Positions 1-12,292 are shown, counted from the first letter of the stretch. The stretch is DNA of 64,000 nt from Rebecca billardiae RCC1528 (GCA_965240325.2 OZ251230.1:1612001-1676000), one strand, 5' to 3'. Program-made: numbers and translations. The notes: generated from the letters alone by a model not told the origin.

Positions 1-614
1 TTAGCGCTGCGGCCCGTGCCAGCCAACGACCAGACGTACTCTGGCCACTTGACCCGTTGCACGGGTGAGTGACCGTACGCCCTGCCTAGTGCCTACCGCG
101 CGCGCCGCGCGACCGGCGACTCGGGGTGATGGAGAGCGGATGGCGACAGCAGCAGCAGTCCTCATGAAGACGATGAAACTGGCGGCACGGGTGCACGAGG
201 TGGCAGGCGAAAGCGCGCCGACGAGACCGCATTTGACACACCTGAGCCGCACGCGCGTGCCGTCGCCGAGCGGCGAGCGCTGCAAACGCGCAACCGTACC
301 GCGCGCGCCACGACGGCGCGGCACTAGCTGATGCAGGCCGTACTGCCGGCACTGCTTCTGCGATCATGCGCCACGGTCGCAGCTGACTGCGTGAGCAGCA
401 AGCGGGAGGCGGGTCCGGAGGCACGTGCAGGCGCCGTCCCGCATATCCGCCATCGCCCATCGTGCCGGGGCACGTCACCTCCGACGATCCGGATGTGGCC
501 CAGTCCGGACGTCACGCGATCCGGGAAGACGAGTACGATTCGCTCGTAACGAACCGTTACACTAAAGTCACGGCCAGGCTCACGTCCCGTCCATCGATTA
601 CTTATGGAATCAGC

Positions 615-822
615 TGGGCGCGCTCTTTTTCGGCCTAATAGACCTCTCTATGCGATCTCAAAAACTCGAAACTCGGTCTCCGCCAGCCCTAAAAATCGCC
701 CCCCGTCCCTTTTTTTCCGCCGCCCCCCGTCCCTTTTTTCTTGATCAAAGATCTTTTTGAAACGTGGTTCGGGCCCGCTGGTGCGGGCTCCACGCTGCGC
801 GCTCCGCCCTGCACCGCGGGCC
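615..822. mobile_element. End of a putative TIR DNA transposon (terminus ...CCGCGGGCC|AT); same family as 58467-58650
   Basis: About 725-822 is almost the exact reverse complement of 58467-58565, and similarity decays toward ~615. Both copies stop sharply at GGCCCGCGG next to AT in AT-rich sequence. Contains a local tandem duplication of CGCCCCCCGTCCCTTTTTT. Confidence 0.55.
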
Positions 823-1214
823 ATTAATTGACTGAATAAATTCCAATAATCACGACTAGTAAATCTGAAAATCAGGAACGCCGAACGGGGCCGGGCAGCC
901 CGGGCACTGCAGCCTGAGACGGCAGCGAACTCTGGCGCCAAGTAAATAGTACTGATATAAGCTACCCTGAGCGGTACCTAGCAGCAGTTCTGATCGACTT
1001 ATAGACTGAGCGCGGCCGCCGCCGGGAGGCCGTGACGCGCGCGCAACGGTGTGAGTGTCACGCGCAACGCTCGGCTGGCAGTCTCCCTAGTCCGACCCCA
1101 AGCGGACCGCGATGGACCCGCCGTGCTGCGGCTGCTGCGCGATGCGGCGATGCGGTGTGCACGGTGTGGGCGCGAGTGCGAAGTCCGCAGTGCCGCCGCG
1201 GCGCGCCCACGACC

Positions 1215-2620
1215 TCACGGGTGCGGCGGCGGCGGGAAGGGCCAGCGGCCCGCGCCGCCCGGCGGCGGCGCGCCCGACTGCCCCGGCGGCATGGGCCCGC
1301 CGTGCATGCCCGGCATCATCCCGCCCGCGCCCGGCCCGCCGCCCATGCCCATCATCCCGGGGAAGCTACCCATGCCCTGCGGCGCGCCGTACGGCAGCTG
1401 GCCGGGCGCGCCGCGCCCCGGCTGCGCCGCCCACGGCATCTGGCCCGGCGCTCCGTACGGCTGCAGCATGGGCGCGCACGCGTTCGGAGGCATGTGTTGC
1501 GCGCTGGGCATGGCGCCGCCCATGCCGGGCTGCTGCGGCTGCGGCTGCGGCGCGCGCGCTTGCTGGCTCTGCTGCGGCTGCGCCGCGCCGCCGCCCGCGT
1601 ACGCACCGCCCGCGTCCGCGCCCGCCCCCGCGCCGCCGCCTCCGCCGCGCATCGCCGCAGACACCATCTCGGCCGCGCGCTCGACCGCGTCCGCGCCGCC
1701 TGTCAGGGTGATGGTCCGCATCGCGCCAAAACCGTCCACCTGCGCGCTCTCGCGCGAGATTGCAATCTTGGCGCCGGCGCGCTCCTCGAGCGAGCGGATG
1801 AGCGCGCCGCCCGCGGCGAGCAGGCCGGCGGTCATCGCGGAGGGGACGCTCATCGTGTGCGCGCGCTCTTCGGCGCCCGCGCCCGCGCGCGCGCGCCGCG
1901 CGCCCCCGCCGCGCCGCGCCGCGCCGCCCGCCTCGTCAGCTGAGGACTCGGAGTCGGACGAAGGCGAGCGCTCGCGCCGGCGCCGCGCGCCGCGGCCGCG
2001 CTCGGGCGACTCGGACGCTCGGCCGCGCTTCGAGCGACCGCCGCTGCCGCGCTTCTTCCGCCGCGCGGGCGAGGGCGAGTACGAGCGAGACGAGCCACCC
2101 GAGTCGTCGTCGCCGTCGCCCTGCCGCCGCTTCTTGCGCCGCTGCGCGCGCACCGCGTCCAGCCGTTCCTTGAGCTCGCGCTCCTCGCGCGCCCACACAT
2201 CCTCGGGCTCGGCGCGCGCGGGCGGCATCGGCTCGCGCTCGCGCCGCGCGGCACGCGGCGGCGCGCTGCCCCGTCCTGGCTGCTCGGCGGCGCCGCCGCC
2301 GCCCCAGCCGTCCCCTGGACCGCCCATTCCCATCCCGCCCATCCCACCGCCCATCCCACCGCCCATCCCACCGCCCATGCCGCCGCCCATCCCACCGCCC
2401 ATCCCACCGCCCATCCCACCGCCCATCCCACCGCCCATCCCACCGCCCATCCCACCACCCATCCCGCCGCCCATCATCATCTGCGCCGCGGCAGGCATGT
2501 ACCCTGCCTTGCGCGCGAGCTCGGCAGCGAGCATGCCGCCGGGCGGCATGGGCGCGCCCGGGCCGCCATAGTCGGGCGGCATGGGCGGCGCGCCGCCGCC
2601 GCCGCTCGCCCAAGGCGGCA

Positions 2621-2657
<37 letters not shown>

Positions 2658-5301
2658 TCGAGCTCCGCCGCCACCGCCGCCGCCGCCGCCGGCGCTGACG
2701 CTGTCGCCGCCGCCGACGCTGCTGCGGCCCAGGCCCTCGCGCCGCAGCCACTCGCTCTCAAAGATCAGCTCGTTCGTCTCGACCGGCCCGAGTGCGTCCG
2801 CCTCGCGCGCGCGGCCGGCGGCACGCAGTTTTTCGAGCTCGCGCGTGCGGTCGCCCTGCTTCAGCCGGTCGAGCTCGGAGAGCTTCGAGCGCAGCAGCTG
2901 CTCGGCGCGCGCGCACGCCGGCGGGGGCCCGACCAGCGTGAGCGACTGCCACGGCTTCCCGTGCAGCATTTCTTTCTTCTGCACGATGACGATCTGGCAG
3001 CCTGTCGTCTTCTCGAGCTCGTTCACCTTCCGACCGCCCGGACCGATGATGAAGCCGACCGCGGGCGTCTGCAGCATGTACGCGATGCTGTGCTTGCCGG
3101 ACGCGGCGGCGGCGGCGGCGGCGCCGCCGGTGGCGCTCGGCGCGGCGGGCGCGCTGGGCTTCGGCGGGCTCGGCTCGGCCGCACCGGGCGGGCGCGGCGG
3201 CGGCGGCGGCAGCGGCAGCGGCAGCGCGGGGCGGCCGGCTGCGGCCGCGGCGTCGGCGGGCGCCGGCGGCGAGGGCATCGGCAGACCCGCGCCGCCGGCG
3301 GAAGCCGCCGCCTTCGCGACGGGCGCGGGGCCGGGCGGCAGCGGCGGCAGCTCGCCCGCGACGCGCCCCGGCGCGGGCGCCACGGGCGACGGCTGCTGCT
3401 GCCTGGCTGAGGCCATGGCGGGCGCGGCGGCCGCGGGCTTGTGCGGCGCGGGCTGCAAGCCCGCCCCGGCGGCGGCGCGCGCGCGCGGGTCGGGCGCGGC
3501 GCTGATCCGCGTGCTGCCGGCGGCGCCCGCCGCCGCGCACCCCGGCGCGGGGGGCGGAGGCTGCTCGCCCACGCCGACGAGCGTCTCCGAGGCGGAGTAG
3601 GACGAGTGCGAGACGCGCGCCGCCTGCGCCTTCGCCTCGTCCGTCTTCGGCGCGGCGCCGGTGCGCATGTGCGGCTGCGCAAAGTCGATGCGCTCGGGCG
3701 CGCGCCACTGCACGCGCGGCGTCGGCGCGGCGGGTGCGGCGGGCTGCTGCGCGCCGCCGTTCGCCTGCGCGCCCGCGCCGCCGGCTGCAGGCCGCTCCTC
3801 AGCGTCAGGCGCGGCCGGCGGCGCCGCCGCGGCGCTCGCGGCCGCAGGCGGCGCACCCGCCGGCGGCCCGGCGGGGTTGGCGCTCGCGAGCGCCTCGCGG
3901 CGGCGCTGCACGACGACGAGCGTGCGCGCAAAGTTGCTGCTGCTCAGCGCCGCGTCATCCAGCCCGTTGATCTGAGCGGCGGCGCGGGCGGCGCGAGCGG
4001 CGCGGACGCATCCAGGCGGCAGCCGCAGCAGGAGCAGGAGCGCGCGGCGCGGGCGCGGCGTGCGTCAGCTGGCTGGCTGGCTGCCAGGCCTCGCGTGCGC
4101 GGGCGGGCGCGCGCGGGCGCCGAGCGGGCCGAGCGCCGCGCCAGTGCGCCCCTGCCCGCCACCCGCAACCCGCCACCTCCGCCCGGGTCTTCGCGAAGAC
4201 GCGCGGCAGAACTTGCTGGCGGCCGCGCGGCACGGCGCGGCCTCTGCCCTCCGCCAGGCGACCGCGGCGGCTGGCCGTGCAGACGGGGCGTGCGCGAGAC
4301 GGGCAGGCCCCAGACCGTCGCGCCAGCGGCCGTCGCAGGCGCCGGACTGCCCCCGATCTGGGCGCGCGCGCACGCGGTGTGCCTCCCTCCCGTCGCACCA
4401 TGCGCTCTTGACTGGCGGCCGAGGCGGGCGCGCGCGCGCGCGCCCGCGCGCGGCGCCGCGCACACCTGCGCCAGAAGGACGGCGGCGTTCTTGGCGATGA
4501 GCGTCTTGACGCCGTCCGGCGAGGCGAGGTTCTCGGGCAGCCGCCCGCGCGTCGACGCGCGCACCTTCTCCACCACGCGCTCGCACACCGCGTTGTAGGG
4601 CGCGCTCGCCGCGCCACCGTCTTCGGTCAGCAGCTCGACGACCGCGTGGCAGATGTGCGTCGTGGCAAAGTCGCCGTGGTGGAAGGTGGGCGCGTACAGC
4701 GCGGAGGGCTCGACGAGGGTGTACCACGCGGCCGCTGTGCGCAGCAGCAGCCGCGGGTCTTCGTCGTAGTCGATACACCACTCGACCACCTGCGCGCGAG
4801 CGCCGAGCGCGACGCGCGTGCGCGCACGGCGCGGCGTGGGAGCAACATCGCATCAGGCGCGCGGCGCGCTGCGAGGGGCGGCCGAGCCCGCGAGTGCGCG
4901 CGCGCGCGGACGGGGGGCGCGGCGCGTGCCTGGTCCAGGCGCACGGGCAGGTCGGGCTGCCCGGGCGCGGCGACCGCGCCGACGACGGACGGCGACGCGG
5001 CGCTCAAGCAGATGCCGACGAGTGCGCCGTGCGAGTCGCGCATCTCAAACGAGGTGAGCTGGCGCGACGGGAGCGGGCTGCCATCCGTGCCGTCCGCATC
5101 CACGTCACCGTTGTACGCGGCCGGAATCTCGCTCTCTGGCACGGGCGCGGGGGCGCCGGGCGCAGCTGCCGCGGCCGACGCGGTCTCGGCGGCCGCGGCC
5201 GCGCCACCATCCGAGTCGACCGCACCGTCAAAGCTCGCGGTGGGTGCGGCGGACAATACGGGCTCGTCACTCAGGTCGGTCGGCTGGCCGACGCTCGACA
5301 T
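1215..5301 (-). CDS. DNMT1-type RFTS (replication foci targeting) domain + 2 KH domain protein with GGGM-repeat and RS-rich regions; predicted exons 5301-4930, 4789-4466, 3971-1215
   Basis: Spliced N-terminus LPSRQLTSFEMRD...VRLDQ|VVEWCIDYDEDPRLLLRTAAAWYTLVEPSALYAPTF...VLLAQ|INGLD..LSSSNFARTL fits the DNMT1-RFD pattern. KH1 has VGFIIGPGGRKVNELEKTTGCQI; KH2 has AGLLAAGGALIRSLEERAGAKIAI. Phase-0 GC-AG intron 4929-4790 and GT-AG intron 4465-3972 keep frame with ORF 1215..3911. Intron 2 could hide an extra exon. Confidence 0.75.
2337..2474 (-). repeat. 12-bp coding tandem repeat encoding (GGGM)n
   Basis: About 11 copies of CCCACCGCCCAT on the + strand, inside the KH-protein exon. Confidence 0.9.
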
Positions 5302-5665
5302 CAGAACCGACTCGCGACGGCAGCGGGGGGTGCGCGTGCGCGCGTGCGACCCGCGCGCGTCGGCGATGTGCGCGCTCGCTGTTCTGTCCTTGGGCCGCGC
5401 GCCCGTATCAAGCAAGCTCGTCGCGCAGCCGGACCAAAGCGGCGCTGGTCCGGCTTGAGTCCCCACAAAGCGCGGGTATTTTTTGCAAGGAGCGGGATTG
5501 TATCTCCGCAAGGGCCGCTCGTATTCGAGGAGCCGTTCCAATTACGAGTCTAATTGACCCGCGGTCCAGGACTGATAGGACGGCGAGAACACGTGCTCTC
5601 CGGCGAATTCTGCGTCGGGGCCGCCGTCGATCGACTCCGCCGCCTTCGCGTCGCCGCCGCTGCCG

Positions 5666-6612
5666 ATGATGATTCGCGCGTGGCTGCTCGCTTCGGCGCT
5701 GGGATGCGCGTGCGGCGTGCAGCTGCAGCGCTCGCGGCTCCCCACGCGCCGCGCCGCCACCATCTCGGCAGCCGTCGAGACGCAGCAGACTGACGCCGAC
5801 TACCAGATCGACCGCGCGCGGCGCTTTGCGTCCATGCCGCCCGTCATCCTGTGCTACCGCGATCAGCTCTTCGCAGACAACTTCCGAGGACGGCTGTGCG
5901 GGCGCGACGTCGACAAAGCCGAGTACCTGCGCGCACTCAAGACGCTCGCCGACGCCACGCCCGCGCTCGAGTTCAACGCGCACGAGTTTGTGGCGCGCGA
6001 CGACGGCTCCGTCGAGTACAAGGTGCGCATGACGGGCGAGCACACGGGCACGCTCCGCACCGACTCGACCGTCGTCGCGGCGACGGGCACACGGCTCATC
6101 GGCGACGTCGAGCGCGCGGTTGTCGCCTTCGACCCCTACGGCCGCGTGACGTACGTCGAGGCGGGCGAGGTCGTTGAGGCGCTGGACGACGAGGACAAGG
6201 CGGCCGCCGGGCGCAAGGAGGTGGAGGCCGAGCTGGAGGTGGTGGCGGGCGAGGTGGTGGAGGCGCAGGAGCGCTGGACCGGGCTGATGGGCTCCTCGGG
6301 CCTCCGCACCGCCGACGCGCACGCCGAGTCGCGCGGCGTGGAGAACGAGCTCCGCGCGCTCGAAATGCGCCGCGCACAGCTGCAGGTGCGCGCGCCGCCG
6401 TGTGCCGCTTGGCGCCCGCGCGCCGGACGCGGAGCGTGGGCGCGGGCGGGTCGTCTCGCGCGCCCTCTGACGTGCGCTCCCCGCCGCGCGCCGCGCCTAC
6501 GCGCGCCGCGCCGCAGCTCAAGCTCAACCTGCTTGTGTGCAGCAACACGGGCGGGCACGGCCACATCGACGGCGCGCTCCACGCGATCAGCGCCGCCGCC
6601 GCGGCCGCGTGA
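5666..6612 (+). CDS. SnoaL-like/NTF2-fold (ester cyclase-like) protein with predicted N-terminal targeting peptide; exons 5666-6385, 6517-6612
   Basis: Hydrophobic leader, then an R/S/T-rich segment, then LFADNF...YLRALKTLADATPALEF...VRMTGEHTGTL...ATGTRL...FDPYGRV, typical of SnoaL-like cyclases. GTGCGC...CCGCAG phase-0 intron. Confidence 0.65.
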
Positions 6613-7491
6613 GCTGCCGGGGCGTGGCTGGGGCTCCAGAGCTGCCGCGCGGCCAGGCTGGCCACGGGGGCGACGAGGGCCTCTGCCCGGAGACGCGAAC
6701 CGAGAGTGCCCGCCGTGCGCGCGATGACCACCAACTCGCTCTACTCACTTGACTCAGCCCCAGACGCCATGCCCATGGCCGCCATCGGCCATGGCGCGAG
6801 CCCCGTGCGTTGTTCGCCGAGCTATCTATACGCTGTTGGACATCGTTGAGTCCACGTCTTCGGAGTTTCGGAGTTTAACAGATTGGTGCACTGACGGTCG
6901 ACCAGGCCCTTTTAAGTCTTCGAGCGAGCCAACCGCCGCCTGCTGCACGCGGTGACACGATGTCCGCGCGGCCGGCGCGGCGTACGTCGTCGTATTATAT
7001 ATATATTATATTTGATCGATATATATATATATATATATATATATGAGTGTAACACTCGCGGCGCGACGACGGCACTCGGCAGCGAGTAAGAGTTACAGTT
7101 ACTACGAGCGAGACCGAGTCACTCATCACTGCGAGTCGTCGTCGGTGAACTCGGTGATCCGACAGTCCCGCGGGGCCCGGCCACACCGTCCCCGAGGTGA
7201 CGCCTGACGGACCACCACTCACCAGTGACTGACTAAGGTGACCGGTGCTAAGGCCCACGGCCACACGGTCTGACAACGGGCAACGGCAGCGCCAGCAGCT
7301 GCGTCCCCGTGGCCCGTCTCCGCCCGAGCCACTGCTCGCCCGCGGCTGCGGCCCCCGCGCCGGGCCGCGCCCCGCGGGCGGCCGCCCCGCCCCCCGGGGC
7401 GCCCCTGCGGGCCCCGGCGGCCGGCGAGCCCCCAATGATTAGCTAGCTAGAGGACGATGATGATCGACCGCCGTATGATACCTATATAGAG

Positions 7492-8790
7492 TCACAGGCT
7501 CCTCGAGCAGCCCGACGCCGCCGCGGTGACGAGGGCCATGATGCCGCAGGACCGGACGGCGTGAACCCATCCCGGCACGAGCGATGCCCATGCGCTCCAC
7601 AGAGGGCCTGAGACCTGAACTTCTGGCTGATGAATCGGCTCATCGGCGCGTGCGGCAGCCTGCTCGCAGTCGCGTGCGCGTCGGTCGAGCAGCTCGACGT
7701 GCGCATTCGTCGCCCGCGCGGCCGTGCTCAACCCGTGCACGTGCACGACCTGCTTTTCGGGCAGGTTGCACGGTAGCCGGCCGGATGCACGGTGCGCGGA
7801 CCGGTTCTCGTCCGTGCGGATGGCCGCTGCGATGCCAGCCGCGGAGTCGCTCGTTTTGGCCTGGCACTCCTCGAGCGAGCGCGAGGTGAAGTGGAAGAGG
7901 TGCAGGGCGCTATAGTCCAGCAGCTCGTCCACGCGTGCGGGGCGCACGCCCCGGGGCGACCTGGCTGTCAGGTTCACGTTTGCGCACTTGGGATGGAAGC
8001 GCAGGCTGGTCAGCGCAGCTCCGTACGGTCTGCCGTCGCGGAAGACAAAGTGTGGGTTCATGGTCAGGCCACGCCCGAGCCGCGCGAGCACCTTGCCCCG
8101 GCACATCGAGAGCGTGTGCGCTCCACGCATGACTGGAGCCAGCCTCGCGGCCGTGTACACGCTGGGCTCGAAGAAGGTCTCGCCGAGCTTCTCAACAGGT
8201 GGGCGCGGGTGGGTCGGCTTGCCGTCCGCGCGGCGCGTGTCGTACACGGGCAGCCTGGGCATGATCATCGCGTCGAGGTGGGCAGGCACCTTCGCGAGCA
8301 CCGTGCGCACATTCCACGGGCGCCATTGCGCCCCCCGCGCTGCCTTAGCCGCGCCCGGCCCCAACGGCGGCCCGAGGTGCAAGTACTCATCCATGTCGAA
8401 AGTGGCCAGCCAGCCGACATCCGAGGCTCGCTCGCTCGCTCGGAGGCAGTGCGAGATCGCTTCATCCTGATGGCTGACGCCAGCTTCCGACCAGAGAAGC
8501 ACGCGGGTGGGCGGCCATGCCCGCAGCCGCGCCAGCGTGAGCGACGTGCGCAGCAGCGCGAGCTCACCATTGAGGCGGTCATCGATGTACACCCACATCG
8601 ACGACACACCCACCCTGTGGTGGTACGCGGCGTGATGGAGGATCGTGTGCTTCTCGTACCTGAAGCTCGCGACCGCGCATAATCGGAGGGTGCTCTCCAC
8701 GCCTGTCGCCACGCGATCGCACGGGCCACCACCCCCAGGGACAGGCTGGCTGGTGCCGTGGCTAGAAGCCATCATGAGGCCGAGCAGCAT
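7492..8790 (-). CDS. Glycosyltransferase, GT92/GT2-like (GT-A fold, DxD motif)
   Basis: LCAVASFRYE...YHHRVGVSSMWVYIDD...Q..AISHCL...WLATFDMDEYL...NPH...LFHFTSRSLEE. Intronless ORF; start codon uncertain (first ATG used). Confidence 0.7.
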   Translation of the reverse strand: MLLGLMMASSHGTSQPVPGGGGPCDRVATGVESTLRLCAVASFRYEKHTILHHAAYHHRVGVSSMWVYIDDRLNGELALLRTSLTLARLRAWPPTRVLLWSEAGVSHQDEAISHCLRASERASDVGWLATFDMDEYLHLGPPLGPGAAKAARGAQWRPWNVRTVLAKVPAHLDAMIMPRLPVYDTRRADGKPTHPRPPVEKLGETFFEPSVYTAARLAPVMRGAHTLSMCRGKVLARLGRGLTMNPHFVFRDGRPYGAALTSLRFHPKCANVNLTARSPRGVRPARVDELLDYSALHLFHFTSRSLEECQAKTSDSAAGIAAAIRTDENRSAHRASGRLPCNLPEKQVVHVHGLSTAARATNAHVELLDRRARDCEQAAARADEPIHQPEVQVSGPLWSAWASLVPGWVHAVRSCGIMALVTAAASGCSRSL

Positions 8791-8909
8791 GCCGCTCGTG
8801 GTGTCTTGTCTCAAGATTGGGAGGCGGATCAAGCGTGATAAGCGCAGATTCGGGATTCCATGCCCACCGGCCGGTCAGTCCGACTGCTCCGGCCACCTCG
8901 GCTCGCAAG

Positions 8910-9993
8910 ATGGCGGCGAAATGTCGCACTCCGCCCACCAGCACGCTTGAGGCCGCTCTTTGCGCGCTGACCGTCGCCGTGAGCCTGCACGTGGGACATT
9001 GCCGTAAGAGAGACTATATCCTTTACCACATCCACGTTGGCAAAAGTGTGTCAACGACTCCACGCGCTGCAGGCCCAGCGCGCACATGCGCCAACAAGTG
9101 CGCCGACCTGCTGGTGCATTTTGCCCGTCGTTCCCCTGCAAACTGCGCTGTTTTGCCTCTCCGCAGCAGGTGGATCCAGCATACAAGCGTTTCTGAATCG
9201 CTCGGGCGTCCGTCACGTACACGAGGTGCACATCCATCCATTCCGTGAGGAGCAGGCATTGCCCTTGCCCAAGTACGATCACGGGCCAGTGCACAAGAGA
9301 GTTGTCGTCACACTCCGCGACCCTGTCGCGCGCGTCGTGAGTGCCTTCAACTGGCGGCACACCGACGGCGGTGGGCCGGTCCGCCGACCGGGCGAGACAC
9401 TCCGATTTGAGCGGGAGCTGTACGGCTGCTTCGCCCGCGTGGACGCGTTCGCACGAGCCCTCGTCCACGGAGAGGCGCCATCCCCCGCCTGCCTGGTGAC
9501 TGCTGAGACAGCGATCGACCCAACACGGTGGGCGAAACGGCTGCCTAGCTTTCACATGGGAATGGGCTACCGCTACCACTTGCCGGCTGCAACCCTCGAA
9601 ATCGTCGCGACGAATTCGAGCTTGTACGCCTTGCGCTTTGGCAGGATTGCTGACGACGCAATCGGCCTCATGCGCTGGCTGAACGGCACGTTCTTTTGGC
9701 AGCCGCCCGGCCTCACGGAGGAGAGCCTTCAGCGCATACGGCTCCCGGCAGTGCGAGCAGTGGATTACCCGCGGCGTCATGACCGGATCGAGGACGATGC
9801 CACGGCTCTGGCGCTAGCGCGGAAGCTTATCGACGAGTACCACGTCGTCGCGCGGCTGCTGTGCCATGCGAATGTGACGATGAATGTAGTGGGACGACGA
9901 GATCCCGTGCCCGCACAGATCGGCCACCTGCAGGTCCTCGATTGTGCCACATCGCCGCCTCGCATGGAGCTGGTGCCACTCGCCCGAGGCTAG
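8910..9993 (+). CDS. Golgi-type sulfotransferase (Sulfotransfer_2-like); exons 8910-9045, 9167-9993
   Basis: Removing a phase-1 GT-AG intron (9046-9166) rebuilds the 5'-PSB motif HIHVGKTGGSS. The 3'-PB motif TLRDPVARVVSAFNW follows, and there is an N-terminal hydrophobic anchor. Confidence 0.8.
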
Positions 9994-10174
9994 CCTGCCG
10001 CTTCAGGGCGCTCATGTCGCTCCTGACTGTCACTTGAGCTTGTCCCGCTTCCGTCTTCCGATGATGCCTCACGATTGTCTGACTCTGGGTTACTGTGCAC
10101 ATTTAACTGTCAGTGAACCTACTATATATATATATAGCTATAACCGTCCGGCAATGCAGTGTGAGTGTCCGTAG

Positions 10175-10221
<47 letters not shown>

Positions 10222-10276
10222 GACACACACACTGCACACACAGTGACACACACATTAATATATATATATATAAATA

Positions 10277-10307
<31 letters not shown>
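10175..10307. repeat. Compound microsatellite (CA)n/(TA)n/(TG)n
   Basis: Directly visible dinucleotide tracts. Confidence 0.95.
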
Positions 10308-10308
<1 letters not shown>

Positions 10309-12292
10309 AAACTTTTCTGAGGATAGCGCACCAGCAATTTCCCTTGACCGCCATCGGGGCCGAAGTGGCGCAAAATGGCGGTTGCCCCGTTTGGGCGCCC
10401 TTCCGCGCCTTCGAGCGGCTCGTGCGCGTCGGGAAGTGCGCCAAAGCGTATCCGGAGCATGCTCCATCGCCGAGTCGCACCGCTGGGCCCTCGCATGCGA
10501 GCCCACGCCGACGTCTGAGTGCGCCTCGCTGCGCACGGTACAGCTTGACGGTACACGGCACGATTCGGCCCGCGAGCAGCCTCGTGCGCGCGACCGAGCC
10601 AGAGGTGGTCTTCGAGAGTAGCACGAGCGGCGGCACACGAGCCGGGCTGGTCGTTGCCGAATATCTGACGCACCAATCGACCTCGCCCAGCGCCATCTGC
10701 TCGTTTGTGCACGTGTTGGAAAGGATGAGCAGCTGCGTGCAAACGCCCAGCGCGCAGATGAAGCATGGGCGAGCGAAGGGGCGGCGAGGGCCGGCGCGTG
10801 CGCGCGCGTAAATTCGAGCCTCCCCATACGCATCGAAACACACCGCGCTCGCTCGTCGAGCTGCGCACGGGTATCGGTGCGCGCGCGCCAACGCGGCGCG
10901 CCGTGCTCGCCTGGCGGGTGCACACCTGCTTGCGCGCGCACGCGTGCGTGATGGACCGAGGAGGTCGCGCGAGCATGCGCAATGTGTCTGGATGGAGCGT
11001 GTAGGAGGTGTAGGCTGCGCTCCGCACGCACTCCGCCACCGTGCAGCGCGCTGCCCCTCGCCCACGCGGTCGCCGCCGAGCCCAGATTCAAACGCGTGCG
11101 AGCGCTCGAGCGCACCTCCGAGCAGCAGTCGCAGCTATCGTGTCGAAGGCGTGGCGAGAGGCAGGTGTGCATGGCAAGTAGCGCCATGGTGGTGCCCATC
11201 ACGCGCACACACTCGCGCACGCTCGCCGCACCACCTCGTCGCGCCCACGTGCAGCGCGCGGGGCGCGCTTCGCGCCCGGAGCAGCTGCCGAGCGGCTCCC
11301 GCGCGCAGTGCGCGCGTCGAGTAGGGCTCAGCCAATGGTCCGAGGGCGAGCCGCCCGAGCGTCGTGCGTGACGCACATGGACCTAGTACAACGCCGCGTA
11401 CCACTCGCTGCCACCATAGGGCCCGTACCAGCGAGCTGTGGCCGCCGCAGACACCCAAAAGCTGCCCAACGGTCAGCGCGCGACAGCCGACGAGCGCCCG
11501 ACGCGCGCGTCCACCACCGTGATGAGCACGGACGAGCGCGCGCGCCCGTGTCGTAGCTCAGGTGGGGTCCCCCGATCGCACGCACCACCGCGCTGCCACG
11601 CCTTCGACCATCTTGTGTCACCATGTGGCCGCTCGCCGCTCGCGCCGAGCGGCTGGCGGCGCAGCTGCACGACCCGGGCAAACAGTCAGCGCGCGGCAAG
11701 GGTGGAGTCCGGCGAGGGTCGGCCGGACTGTCCGGCGCCACCAAGGTGGACCACGTGGTGGTCACCGGCGCGCTCGTCACCACGCTCGAGGCCATGGAGG
11801 CCGCCCACGAGCAGAAATGCTCACTGCATCTGCCTGTGCAGTGCCTTTTCAGTGCTCCTTTGCGCGCGCACGCAGCGGCGAAGAGCGAAAGCGTTTAGCG
11901 CGACATAGTCCGGGGCTCAAGGGTACCATCATCAGAGAATAGAATGCGCGCAAAGGTCGCGCTAAACAAATTTCGTGTCGCCCGTGCCGCGCGCGCGCAA
12001 GCACGGCCAATGCGGCTCCTTGCACATCTGCTGCAGATCGGCTCGTGCGCGACGAGCGCAGCGAGGAGGAAGGTGCGCGCTCGCGAGCTGGCGCACCTGG
12101 GAGTCCTCGCGGCCTCCGAGCAGAAAGAGCGCGTCGAGCGCCGCGCCGCAGGTCGCACGGTCGCGATCTCGCGAGAGCGGTCGTGCGACGACGGGCCACT
12201 CCATCGCGCGTTTCGCCGTCTGAACGCGGCCTCCGTAAAATCCGGATGGCGGTCAAGGGAAATTGCTGGTGCGCTATCCTCAGAAAAGTTTA
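10308..12292. mobile_element. Non-autonomous DNA transposon with 48-bp perfect terminal inverted repeats
   Basis: 10308-10355 (TAAACTTTTCTGAGGATAGCGCACCAGCAATTTCCCTTGACCGCCATC) is the exact reverse complement of 12245-12292. The outer TA may be the TSD. Microsatellites lie on both sides. No recognisable transposase. Confidence 0.85.

Noticed and set aside
1-600. Short ORFs at the window start
   Set aside because: No recognisable motifs; more likely the interior of the repeat ending at 822.
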